Assembly (NCBI GenBank): GCA_048594885.1
Contig: JBMDXB010000112.1
Location: 150,088-214,087 of the forward strand
DNA from: Vicinamibacterales bacterium
GTDB lineage: Bacteria; Acidobacteriota; Vicinamibacteria; Vicinamibacterales; 2-12-FULL-66-21
Length of the DNA stretch: 64,000 nt
Direction of reading: 5' to 3'
Below the pieces are notes generated by a model that was not told where the DNA came from, made no database searches, and saw only the letters and a list, made by a program, of their open reading frames with translations. Every line of letters starts with the position of its first letter. The first letter of the stretch is position 1. Positions 37,737-46,494 of this stretch are shown in pieces. The position numbers and the translations under genes were made by a program.

Positions 37737-38329
37737 TTCTTCTTGCCCGTGAATCCCAGCTGCACGAGCAGTCCCACGAACCCGAGCACGAGCGCCGCCA
37801 CGAAATCCCAGCGCGTCGTCGGAATCGGATCGAGCGGATACACGCCGAACACCGTGCGCACCGCATTCTCCGCGGCCCAGCGATCGCCGAGCAGCGCCGA
37901 CGCGCCGACGACGGCCGTCTGCGCGCCGCCGAACGCGGTCGCGACGATAATGACGTAGCGCTGCAACGCCAGTGCCGCGAGCGCGCCGGCGATCGCCAGC
38001 ACGATGACGACGGCGACGTGCGGCTCCGATCCCATGCTCGCCCAGATCGCGTTGGCGAGGAGCGCGCCGACGCCCGCGCCGATCAGCGCGACACCGACGA
38101 AATACGCGGCAATGAGGATGAGGGCGCCGATGATGCCGCCGACGAGCGCGGCGATCGCCATCATCAGCGTCTGCTCGGCGCCGAACGGCGACGCCGCGAT
38201 CAGCGCGCCGAGCACGAACCCGGCGATGCCCAGGACGATGCGGAAGAAACGATAGCCGGCGAAGCAGGCGATGAGGCCCCCGACGAGCAGCACGATGGCT
38301 GCCGGCATCTGGAAAGATACAGGGAGCAT
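37733..38329 (-). CDS. DUF4203-like glycine-rich polytopic membrane protein
   Basis: Seven hydrophobic G/A/I/L-rich segments and a C-terminal KKK. No soluble domain. Confidence 0.55.
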   Translation of the reverse strand: MLPVSFQMPAAIVLLVGGLIACFAGYRFFRIVLGIAGFVLGALIAASPFGAEQTLMMAIAALVGGIIGALILIAAYFVGVALIGAGVGALLANAIWASMGSEPHVAVVIVLAIAGALAALALQRYVIIVATAFGGAQTAVVGASALLGDRWAAENAVRTVFGVYPLDPIPTTRWDFVAALVLGFVGLLVQLGFTGKKK

Positions 38330-38354
38330 AGCCCGCCGATTATATGATGGCGGC

Positions 38355-39395
38355 GTGCCCGCGATCTCGGCGCGCCGTTACCAGACGGCGTTTGGCCTCG
38401 TCACGACGTCGATCGGCATCGCGCTGCTGCTCTGGCTGGTGCGCTACTACGGCCCGAACGAGATCTGGCAGGGGTTCCGCCAGATCGGCTGGGGTCTCGC
38501 GCTCATCGTCGCGCTCGGCGGCATCCGCTTCGCGACGCGCGCGATCGGCTGGTGCCTCTCGGTCGAGCCGCCGGCGCGCCTGCGATTCTCGGACGCCTTC
38601 GCGGCGGTGCTCGCCGGCGACGCGATCGGCAACCTGACGCCGCTCGGCCCGATCGTCGGCGAGCCGGCGAAGGCGGCGTTCGTCCGCAACCGCACGAACC
38701 TCGCGGCAGCGGTGACGGCGCTGGCCATCGAAAATCTCGTCTACACGCTGTCGGTCGCCGCCCTGATCGCCGCGGCGACGATCGCGCTCCTCTTCACCTT
38801 CGAGCTGCCAGCGGCGCTGCGGGAGCGAAGCGAGATCGGGCTGGCCGTGGTGATCGCCGTCATTGCCGTCGGGCTGTTCGTTTTCTGGCGACGATCCGCC
38901 GTCATCAGCCGGATGTTCGGCATCCTGGCCCGGCCCGCGGCCGGCTCGGCCGCAGGCACGGGCGTCGAGCGGCTCCAGCAACTGGAACAGCAGATCTATT
39001 CGTTCGCCTCGAGGCACCGAAATGTGGTCGTTCCGCTCGCCGCCACCGAAGTCGCGTTTCATGCCCTCGGCGTGGTGGAGGTGTACATCACCCTCTGGAT
39101 GCTGCTCGGCCACCCGGCGCCGCTCCTCACGGCTTTCGTGTTCGAAGGCGCAAACCGCCTGATTACGGTGATATTCAAGTTCGTGCCGCTCCGCTTCGGC
39201 GTGGACGAGTGGGGCACCGCAGGCCTGGCGCCGTACGTCCAGATCGACCCCGTCGTCGGCACGACCCTCGCGATTGCCCGCAAGGCCCGCATGGCGATCT
39301 GGGCGCTGGCGGGCATCGCACTGCTCGTGCGCGAGGGGCTCAGCACCCGCCGGATCCTCGAAGACGCTCAGCTCACGGCCGGATCCAAACCCTGA
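38355..39395 (+). CDS. Flippase-like membrane protein (lysyl-phosphatidylglycerol-synthase TM-region / UPF0104 family)
   Basis: A polytopic protein with family-like blocks: WQGFRQIGWGLALIVALGGIRFATRAIGW, AGDAIGNLTPLGPIVGEPAKAAF, and RFGVDEWGTAG. The start is provisionally the GTG at 38355, because the upstream Met would overlap the divergent gene. Confidence 0.6.
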   Translation: MPAISARRYQTAFGLVTTSIGIALLLWLVRYYGPNEIWQGFRQIGWGLALIVALGGIRFATRAIGWCLSVEPPARLRFSDAFAAVLAGDAIGNLTPLGPIVGEPAKAAFVRNRTNLAAAVTALAIENLVYTLSVAALIAAATIALLFTFELPAALRERSEIGLAVVIAVIAVGLFVFWRRSAVISRMFGILARPAAGSAAGTGVERLQQLEQQIYSFASRHRNVVVPLAATEVAFHALGVVEVYITLWMLLGHPAPLLTAFVFEGANRLITVIFKFVPLRFGVDEWGTAGLAPYVQIDPVVGTTLAIARKARMAIWALAGIALLVREGLSTRRILEDAQLTAGSKP

Positions 39396-39547
39396 CCAGC
39401 GGCCGGCAGGTTGCATACATTCGGATGGCTGAGCCAGCCGCCGACGGAATTGCGCCTTGCACTGCAACTGCAATCGGACGCTCGCGAATGCGCACGCTCT
39501 GAAACCTCACGCATTTTGCCGGCGTCGAAGAGTGACATGAGGTTCAG

Positions 39548-40288
39548 TTGAAGTCCCTGTTTCCCGCTCCCGTCCGGCATGCGCTGGTGCTCGCCGCTGG
39601 CAACGGCGATCGGTTCACGAGCAGCACTGGCGCCTCCAAACTCCTGCAGCCGGTACTCGGCCAGCCGCTGATCGTCCGCACGCTCGAAACCGCCTGCGAC
39701 GCCGGCATCACGACATTCGACATCGTCCTCGGCTATCAGGCGGACGCCGTGCGAGCCGTCATCGAGCAGCACCGCCCGCCCGGCACGACGATGCGGTTCA
39801 TCGTCAATCCGGACTGGCACCTGGAAAACGGCGTGTCCGCGATGGCCGCGCGCGACGCCTGCGCATGCAGCCGGTTCGCACTACTGATGGGCGATCACCT
39901 GTTCGACGCCGACGTGCTCGCGCGTGCGCTGGCGACGCGTGTGCAGCCGCTCGAATCGATCCTGGCGATCGACTCGCGGCCGGCTTCACCGGTCCTCGCC
40001 GCGGAAGCGACAAAAGTCCGCACGGCGGACGATTACATCGTCGCGATCGGCAAGGATCTCGAGCCCTACGACGCGCTCGACACCGGCCTGTTCGTGTGCG
40101 ATCCGGTGCTGTTCCACGCGCTCGAGACTTCGATCGCCGCCGGAGACACGACGCTGAGCGGCGGCATTCGACGGCTGGCGGCGCAGCGGCTGATGCGCGC
40201 GCTCGACGTCGGAGATGCACGCTGGTGCGACATCGACACGCCGGCGGACCTGGAGGCCGCCGAGTCGCTGCTCGCCGTGCACACGTGA
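39548..40288 (+). CDS. Nucleotidyltransferase (NTP-transferase fold; cytidylyltransferase-like)
   Basis: TTG start. N-terminal LVLAAGNGDRF (GxGxR loop), then IVLGYQADAV and MGDHLFD. The size and pattern resemble CTP:inositol-1-phosphate / phosphocholine cytidylyltransferases. The substrate cannot be inferred. Confidence 0.7.
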   Translation: MKSLFPAPVRHALVLAAGNGDRFTSSTGASKLLQPVLGQPLIVRTLETACDAGITTFDIVLGYQADAVRAVIEQHRPPGTTMRFIVNPDWHLENGVSAMAARDACACSRFALLMGDHLFDADVLARALATRVQPLESILAIDSRPASPVLAAEATKVRTADDYIVAIGKDLEPYDALDTGLFVCDPVLFHALETSIAAGDTTLSGGIRRLAAQRLMRALDVGDARWCDIDTPADLEAAESLLAVHT

Positions 40289-40292
40289 TCCC

Positions 40293-42557
40293 ATGCGGAC
40301 GTCCCTGCGCTTCGGGGCTCTCGTCCTGGGCGTCGTTCTCTTCGCCATCACGCTGGCGTACGTCGATCTCGACGCGGCCCGATCGACCACCGCGCGGCTC
40401 GGCGCGGCGCTCCCGATCGCGATCGGCTTCAGCGCCGTGTGGCAGCTCGCGCGCACCATCGCCTGGGCCTGGTGCTTCCCGCGTTCGTCGGCGATCGGCT
40501 TCGCACGGCTCGCCCGCGTGAGGCTGGCGGCTGAAGCATTCAGCTATCTGACGCTGCGCGGGATCGCCGGAGAGCCGCTGAAAGTGATGCTGCTCGCCGG
40601 CCGGGTCGACGCTCGCCAGGCGACGGCGGCCGTCGCCCTCGAACGCATCGCCTACATCGTCGGGACCACGATCATCGTCGGCGTGGCGTCGGTGGCGGCG
40701 ATCGTCTGGCTGCCGTTGTCGGACGTGTGGTTCCGCGTCTTCCGCGCGTTCGCGATCGGGTCGGCGGCGATCGCTGTGCTCACGGCGATCGTCGTCAGCG
40801 GCCGCGGCACGTATCTCGCGGCGGTACTGCGCGCAATCGATCGCCTGGCGAACACGTCGTGGTCGAGCGGGCGCGTGGCGGCGTTCCTTGGCGCCGTCGA
40901 GCGACAGATGCTCGAGCTCGTACGCGGCAACCCGGCGCGGCTCGCCGTGCTCGTCCTCATGACGATCGTCGCCTATGTGTCGATGTCGCTCGAAGCCTGG
41001 ATCGTCCTGCGAGCCACCGGCCTCTCGGTGTCCGCGGCAGGCGCAACGACAGTCGAGACGTTCTCGCGAGTCGCCAGCTTCGCGTCAGCGTTCATTCCCG
41101 CGAATCTCGGCGCGCTGGAAGCGTCGAGCGTCGCGGCGGCCTCGGCGGCTGGCGTCGCGGGCGGCGGCGCCGCGCTGGCGATCGCACGCCGCATGCGCGG
41201 GCTGTTCTGGGCGGCGATCGGCCTTGCGTTGTATCCATGGAAGGAACGCGTGGAGGCAACGGGGTGGCCGGCGAGCGGGCGGCTCGGACACACGCTGTTG
41301 TATTTCCCCGAGGATCCCGCGGTCGACGTTCCCGCGACGGCGCGCCTCGCCGGCCTTGCGATCGCCGAACGCGTACTGCGCGCGGCCTCGCGCGCGGGCT
41401 ACTCGCGGATTCTCATCTGGCTCCCCGCCAGGGATACCGCCGCCAATGCTCTCGAGACGCTCGCCCGCCGTGCGCACGGCGCCGAGATCGTCAGGACGCG
41501 TGAGGGATGGCAGGCCGCGCTCGCACGCATCCCGGGGCTCACACCCGTGACCGCACTCGGCTCAGGCACGGTCGTCTCGCCCGCGCTCCTCGAGGACGCG
41601 ACGCTCACCACGGCCGGCGCCGGACAGAACGTCGACGTCCCTGCGGGCGCCGAGTGGCCCGAAAGCGGCGTCATCCGGCTGCTGGCGGCGGACGCCGCGG
41701 TGCCCGAGCAGGTGGCCGATGCGCTGGCGATTCGACGCGCGCGCGCGCTGCCACTGCCCGACGGCCGCTCCGTTGCCCATGGGCACGCGCGGCTGGCACT
41801 CAGGATCAGCTCCGCGGCGGATCTCGAGCAGGCCGAGCACACGATCAGGCGATCGAGCTACAAGGACACCGACTCGAAGCTCGCGCGGTTCAATCGGCGC
41901 ATGTCGCTGCCGATCAGTGTGGCGCTGATCCGGACGCCGCTGACCGCGAACCAGCTCTCGATCGTGCTCGTCGCGGTCGGTTTCTACGCCGCGTGGCTGT
42001 TCAGCGCCGGCCACTACTGGACGGGCGTGACGGCGGCGTTCCTGTCGCTCTCCGCCAGCATTCTCGACGGCTGCGACGGCGAAATCGCGCGCCTCAAATA
42101 CCAGGAATCCGCGCTCGGCTGCTGGATCGAGACCGTCGGCGACTACTCGTACTACGTCGCCATCTTCATCGGACTCACGGCGGGCGCCGTGCGGCAGACG
42201 CACTGGGAGGCCTTCTACTGGATTGGCGGCATCGCGCTTGCCGGCACGCTGGTGGCGTTCGCGCTTTTGATCTTCCTGCGCAGCCGAATCACGGCCGGCC
42301 GGCCGGAGCGGCTGCACGCGATCGCACGCCAGCGGTTCAAGGCGGAACCGAAATTGTGGTCGCGGGTGATCTGGCGGATCTCGTTCGTGGCGACACGCGC
42401 GGCGATGCCCTATGGGATCATGGCGTTCGCGCTGGTCAAGCTGCTGCCGGCGGTCGTGCTGCTCGCCGCGATCGGCGCGAACGTCTACTGGATCAGCATG
42501 GTGGCAAGGCTGCGGGATCTGCTCGGCGGAGGACAGCAGGAACGCGTCGCTGCGTGA
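40293..42557 (+). CDS. Three-domain fusion: flippase-like (UPF0104) membrane domain, degenerate nucleotidyltransferase-like domain, and CDP-alcohol phosphatidyltransferase
   Basis: aa 1-330 are polytopic and paralogous in style to 38355..39395. The middle ~200 aa are soluble (RLAGLAIAERVLRAASRAGYSRILIW) and lack the GxGxR loop. The C-terminus carries DGCDGEIARLKYQESALGCWIETVGD, which fits D(x)2DG(x)2AR(x)8G(x)3(D/E)(x)3D. Confidence 0.7.
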   Translation: MRTSLRFGALVLGVVLFAITLAYVDLDAARSTTARLGAALPIAIGFSAVWQLARTIAWAWCFPRSSAIGFARLARVRLAAEAFSYLTLRGIAGEPLKVMLLAGRVDARQATAAVALERIAYIVGTTIIVGVASVAAIVWLPLSDVWFRVFRAFAIGSAAIAVLTAIVVSGRGTYLAAVLRAIDRLANTSWSSGRVAAFLGAVERQMLELVRGNPARLAVLVLMTIVAYVSMSLEAWIVLRATGLSVSAAGATTVETFSRVASFASAFIPANLGALEASSVAAASAAGVAGGGAALAIARRMRGLFWAAIGLALYPWKERVEATGWPASGRLGHTLLYFPEDPAVDVPATARLAGLAIAERVLRAASRAGYSRILIWLPARDTAANALETLARRAHGAEIVRTREGWQAALARIPGLTPVTALGSGTVVSPALLEDATLTTAGAGQNVDVPAGAEWPESGVIRLLAADAAVPEQVADALAIRRARALPLPDGRSVAHGHARLALRISSAADLEQAEHTIRRSSYKDTDSKLARFNRRMSLPISVALIRTPLTANQLSIVLVAVGFYAAWLFSAGHYWTGVTAAFLSLSASILDGCDGEIARLKYQESALGCWIETVGDYSYYVAIFIGLTAGAVRQTHWEAFYWIGGIALAGTLVAFALLIFLRSRITAGRPERLHAIARQRFKAEPKLWSRVIWRISFVATRAAMPYGIMAFALVKLLPAVVLLAAIGANVYWISMVARLRDLLGGGQQERVAA

Positions 42558-42581
42558 GGCGTGGTTGGCGCAACCATGGTT

Positions 42582-42601
42582 GGCGCAACTAAAGTTGCGC
42601 C
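42582..42601. terminator. Perfect 9-bp hairpin between convergent genes (possible bidirectional terminator)
   Basis: GGCGCAACT-aa-AGTTGCGCC. It is preceded by a direct repeat TGGTTGGCGCAAC (42562-74 and 42577-89) and followed by CTTTACC-type heptamers. There is no U-tract. Confidence 0.4.
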
Positions 42602-42640
42602 CTACGTACCCCTTAGCCTTTACCCTTTACCCTTCACCAT

Positions 42641-43237
42641 TCAGACTTCTCTCCTCCCCTCCATCGCTTTGTGCATCGTCACCTCGTCGGCATATTCGAG
42701 GTCGCTGCCGACGGGAACTCCCATCGCAATGCGCGTGACGCGGACGCCAAGCGGCTTGAGCAGCTTGGCCAGGTAGATCGCCGTCGCCTCCCCCTCCACG
42801 TTCGGATTCGTCGCCAGGATCACTTCCTCCACGCCGCCGTTGCCGACGCGCGTCAGCAGCTCCTTGATCTTCAGATCGTCCGGACCGACGCCGTGCAGCG
42901 GCGACAGCGCGCCCATCAGGACGTGGTACACGCCCTTGAAGTCGCGCGTCTTCTCGATCGCCGTCACGTTCTCCGGCTCTTCGACGACGCAGATGAGGCG
43001 ACGGTCTCGGGTAGGATGCGTGCAGAAGTAGCAGGGATCCGCGTCCGTGATGTTGCTGCAGACGGAGCAGTAGGTGACGCGGTCCTTGACCTCGCGCATG
43101 GCGTCGGCGAGGCGCTCGACCTCTTCGCGCGGGGTCTTGAGGATGTGAAACGCGAGGCGCTGCGCGCTCTTGGCGCCGATGCCGGGCAGCCGCTGCAACT
43201 GCTCGATCAGCCTCGTAAGTGGATCGGGCCGGGACAT
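42641..43237 (-). CDS. recR: Recombination protein RecR
   Basis: Hh[19 protein letters not shown]4 zinc finger [16 protein letters not shown], and a Toprim domain (ICVVEE...[14 protein letters not shown]). Confidence 0.95.
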   Translation of the reverse strand: MSRPDPLTRLIEQLQRLPGIGAKSAQRLAFHILKTPREEVERLADAMREVKDRVTYCSVCSNITDADPCYFCTHPTRDRRLICVVEEPENVTAIEKTRDFKGVYHVLMGALSPLHGVGPDDLKIKELLTRVGNGGVEEVILATNPNVEGEATAIYLAKLLKPLGVRVTRIAMGVPVGSDLEYADEVTMHKAMEGRREV

Positions 43238-43412
43238 CAAAACATGCCGGGGATCTTCATGCCGCCCATCATTACTTGGCGCTCGGGGCCGCCGCTTCGC
43301 GGCGGTTCCCTCCGGCCCCTCGCTTCGCTTGCTCCACTACGCTCGCGCTCCGCCGCTCGCTCCGTTCCGTTCGCCATCAAAACATACCCGGGATCTTCAT
43401 GCCGCCCATCAT
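43238..43412. repeat. 36-bp direct duplication of the ybaB 3' end flanking a ~104-bp simple-repeat insert
   Basis: 43238-43273 (TCAAAACATGCCGGGGATCTTCATGCCGCCCATCAT) versus 43377-43412 (TCAAAACATACCCGGGATCTTCATGCCGCCCATCAT): 2 mismatches, both at third codon positions of the ybaB frame. The insert is rich in CGCTTCG/CTCCGTT units and a GCCGCCGC-ttc-GCGGCGG hairpin. Confidence 0.8.
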
Positions 43413-43676
43413 TCCGCTGAGTTGCTTCTGCATCGCTTCGTCGACCTTGCGATGCGCGTCGTTGAGCGCGGCGAGAATCAGGTCCTGCAGCATCTCGACG
43501 TCTTCCTTCGAGACCGCTTCCGGATCGATCGTGAGCGACTGCACCTGCTTGTTGCCGTTCATCACGACCGTGACCATCCCGCCGCCGGCGGTGGCCTCGA
43601 CGCGCAGATCCGCCATCTCCTTCTGCAGACGATCCTGCATCTGCTGCGCCTGCTTCATCATCTGCTGGATGTTCAT
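43377..43676 (-). CDS. ybaB: Nucleoid-associated protein YbaB/EbfC
   Basis: [24 protein letters not shown]...[15 protein letters not shown]...[16 protein letters not shown]. The ATG overlaps the dnaX TAA by 1 nt. Confidence 0.9.
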   Translation of the reverse strand: MNIQQMMKQAQQMQDRLQKEMADLRVEATAGGGMVTVVMNGNKQVQSLTIDPEAVSKEDVEMLQDLILAALNDAHRKVDEAMQKQLSGMMGGMKIPGMF

Positions 43677-45437
43677 TACATCTCCTCGACTTCTTTGATC
43701 TCCGTCCCGAACACGTCGAGCATCGACTGGACGCCGGGGTCGGCCATCGCCTGCTGCTTCAATTCGGCCTGGCGGTCGGCGCCGCCCTTCTGCGGCGCCG
43801 CCGCGGTCTGTCCCGGCTTCGCCGCCGGCGTTGCCGTCCCTTCCGCCGTCGCGATCGTCATCTTGCGGCCCGCGAGCTGCGACGCGAGCGTCTCGAGCCA
43901 CGGCTTCTGCTGCTCGAGCTGCCCGCTCAGCACCTTGTGAATCGGCGCGAACGTGAACGTGATGCGATCGCCGGCGATCTCGATGCGCTGCGCCATCGAT
44001 ACCACGGAGCCGTGGAAGAACTTCTTCGCCTTGCGGATCTCTCCGAGGAACGCCTCCTTCAGATCGCCCCCGATGACGGGCTGCAGATCCGGCACGGGAT
44101 CGGCGGCCGCCGCCGTTCGGGGGGCCGGGGGGCCGGGGGGCCGGGAAGCCGGGAAGCCAGAGGGTCGGGAAGCCGGGGCGCCAGAGGGTCGGGGGGCCGG
44201 GGGGCCCCGGGGGGGGGGGCGGGGGGGCGCCGGCCCCCCCCCCCCCCCGCCCCCCCCCCCCCCCCCCCCCCCCCCCCCCACCCCCCCCGGCGCCCCGGCT
44301 CCCCGACTCCATTCCCTGAATGAGATCGCTCAGCGGCACCAGCTTCCGCAGGTGGATCCATCGCAGCAGCGCCATCTCGAGATGGAATCGCGGATACGCC
44401 GAGCCGCGGATGTCGTACTCGGCTTTCGTCAGCACCTCGAACGCGCGCATGAGGTCTTCATCGGAGAAGCGCGCCGCAAGCGAGGCGAGCCGCTCGCGTT
44501 CCAGCTCGGCGCAAATCTCGGGATCGTTGAGCCGGTTGCGATCGACGCGGACGACGAGCATGTCGCGCGTGAGACGTGCCAGCTCGCGGATGACGAGCCG
44601 CAGGTCGTAGCCGGACTCGACGGCGTTGCCGGCCAGCTCGAAGGCGGCGGAGCCGTCCTCCCGCGCCACGGCATCGGCCAGGTCGAGCAGCAGGTCGCGC
44701 CGCACCAGGCCGAGCACCGTCGTCACGTCGTCGGCCGAGATGGTGTCGCCGGCAAATGCGATCACCTGGTCGAGCGCGCTCTGCGCGTCGCGCATGCTGC
44801 CGTCGCCGGCGCGCGCGATCAGCATCAGCGCCGCGTCGTCGATCGCGATCTTCTCGGCGTCGGCGATCTTGCGGAGCTGATCGGCGATCGGCTTCACGCC
44901 GATCGTCTTGAGCTCGAACACCTGCGAGCGCGACTGGATCGTCGCCGGGACCTTCTCCAGCTCCGTCGTCGCCATCATGAAGACGACGTGCGGCGGCGGC
45001 TCTTCGATCGATTTCAGCAGCGCGTCGAACGCCTGCTGCGAGAGCCGGTGGACTTCGTCGATGATGAAGATCTTGTAGCGGTCGCGCGCCGGCGCCATGC
45101 CGAGGCCGGCCACGATCACGTCGCGGACGTTCTGGACCTGCGTATGCGTCGCGGCGTCGATCTCGAGGACGTCCATGTCACGCCCTTCGGCGATCTCGAC
45201 GCAGGCGTCACACTCGCCACAGGGATCGGCGGTCGGCCCGTTGACGCAACTGAGGCCGCGCGCGAGGATGCGCGCCGTGGTGGTCTTGCCCACGCCGCGC
45301 GGTCCGGCGAAGACGAAGGACTGCGCGATACGCTTCGCGGCGATCGCGTTGCGCAGCGTCTGCGTGACGCCGCGCTGGCCGATCACGTCCTCGAACCGCT
45401 GCGGGCGCCATTTGCGCGCGAGTACTTTGTAGGACAA
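43676..45437 (-). CDS. dnaX: DNA polymerase III subunit gamma/tau (DnaX); N- and C-terminal parts are in different frames, joined in a G-homopolymer tract
   Basis: TTG start ([15 protein letters not shown]). Walker [16 protein letters not shown], Zn module [10 protein letters not shown], and IFIIDEVH. The tau C-terminus ([39 protein letters not shown]...[15 protein letters not shown]) is in the +1 frame relative to the N-terminus (ORF 43676..44281). Confidence 0.85.
44118..44288. repeat. Octamer repeats (CGGGRRGC) followed by homopolymer runs G11-C-G7...C15-G-C30-A-C8 (plus strand)
   Basis: Read directly from the sequence: 44118-44208 has ~11 units of 8 nt; 44209-44227 are G runs; 44234-44288 are C runs of 15, 30 and 8. 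On the coding strand this gives poly-Gly then Pro-rich sequence. Confidence 0.9.
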
Positions 45438-45480
45438 TGGTCGATCGCGACTCGTCAATGGTGAATAGTGAATGGCGAAT

Positions 45481-45603
45481 GGGCCCCACCGCGACCCGGA
45501 AGAACCTGCGGCACATGTCAGTGACTGCTTAGCGCTGCTGCCTTCCGGCCCTGACGCGGTTCGCAGGCTGAGATTGCACAGGGTCCGGGTCGCGGGGCGG
45601 CCC
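45481..45603 (-). ncRNA. ffs: Signal recognition particle RNA (small/4.5S type)
   Basis: The minus strand contains GUCAGGGCCGGAAGGCAGCAGCGCUAAGCAG, matching the conserved domain IV (E. coli GUCAGGUCCGGAAGGAAGCAGCCAAGGCAG). The terminal stem is GGGCCGCCCCGCGACCCGG / CCGGGUCGCGGUGGGGCCC. The position upstream of dnaX is the classic synteny. The ends are approximate. Confidence 0.8.
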
Positions 45604-45798
45604 ACTCGGTGCACATGCGCGCCGTTCGTCACGCGCGCAAGCATCAAGTGTAGCGTGGCGGCACAGCCGAGGCAAGCGCGGCGGCACGGTCTAACTCTCT
45701 CTCTATGTTAGAGTTGACCGCACACGAGCAGACCGCTGAAAGACCACGGCCTGCAACGACCAAGGGCCAAGGGACCAAGGAGGCCTGGATCACTTGAA

Positions 45799-45843
45799 GC
45801 AGGCCTAAAGGCCTGCACTACGGCTGTCGCTGTCGTAGTGCAG
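45799..45843 (-). terminator. Two overlapping GC-rich hairpins just downstream of ppa
   Basis: GCAGGCC-taaa-GGCCTGC and CTGCACTACG-11 nt-CGTAGTGCAG, 5 nt after the ppa stop. The U-tract is weak. Confidence 0.35.
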
Positions 45844-45847
45844 CCCT

Positions 45848-46405
45848 TCAGGGCTGCTTCACGTGGATGAGATCCCCACGCCGCAGCCGGCGATACAGTT
45901 CCAGCGCTTCCTGGATGATCCGCAACGCGTCCGCCGGGCCGAGCAGGTCGTCGACGACGACCTTCTTGTGCTCGAGCGCCTTGTAATCCTCGAAGAACCG
46001 CCGCAGCTCGCGCAATACGTGGTTCGGGAGCTGGTCCTTGTCGACGTATTCGGCAAACGCCGGATCGCGGACGCTGACGGCGACGATCTTGTCGTCGATT
46101 CCCTTCTCGTCGCGCATCCGCATCACGCCGATCGCGCGGGCCTCGACGATCGTCAGCGGAAACACCGGCTCCTGGCCGAGCACGAGCGCGTCCAGCGGAT
46201 CGCTATCGTCGCAATACGTGCGCGGGATGAAGCCGTAGTCGGCGGGATAGTGAACGGCGCTGTAGAGCACGCGATCGAGCCGCAGCAGGCCCGTCTCCTT
46301 GTCGAGCTCGTACTTGTTCTTGCTGCCCTTGGGAATCTCGATGACGACGGGGAAGGCTGTCGCGACCAGCGTGTCGTCGACGTAGGTGTCGTGCCAGGGG
46401 TGCAT
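45848..46405 (-). CDS. ppa: Inorganic pyrophosphatase (family I)
   Basis: VVIEIPKGSKNKYELDKETG, YPADYGFIPRT, DSDPLDALVL, DEKGIDDKIVAV. Confidence 0.95.
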   Translation of the reverse strand: MHPWHDTYVDDTLVATAFPVVIEIPKGSKNKYELDKETGLLRLDRVLYSAVHYPADYGFIPRTYCDDSDPLDALVLGQEPVFPLTIVEARAIGVMRMRDEKGIDDKIVAVSVRDPAFAEYVDKDQLPNHVLRELRRFFEDYKALEHKKVVVDDLLGPADALRIIQEALELYRRLRRGDLIHVKQP

Positions 46406-46494
46406 GCGCTGAGTGTAGCGCCGTTTCGACCCAACAGGCCGCTTCGTGCCCCGTGGTGTCTAAACGCGAGAATACGATTCGAGGGACTCTTCCC

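Noticed and set aside
43377-45647. The 756-aa ORF read as a genuine DnaX-YbaB fusion with an upstream Met at 45647.
   Set aside because: The upstream extension overlaps the SRP RNA. After the homopolymer tract this frame is Arg/Gly/Pro-rich, while the real tau C-terminus is in another frame. ybaB has its own ATG overlapping the dnaX TAA.
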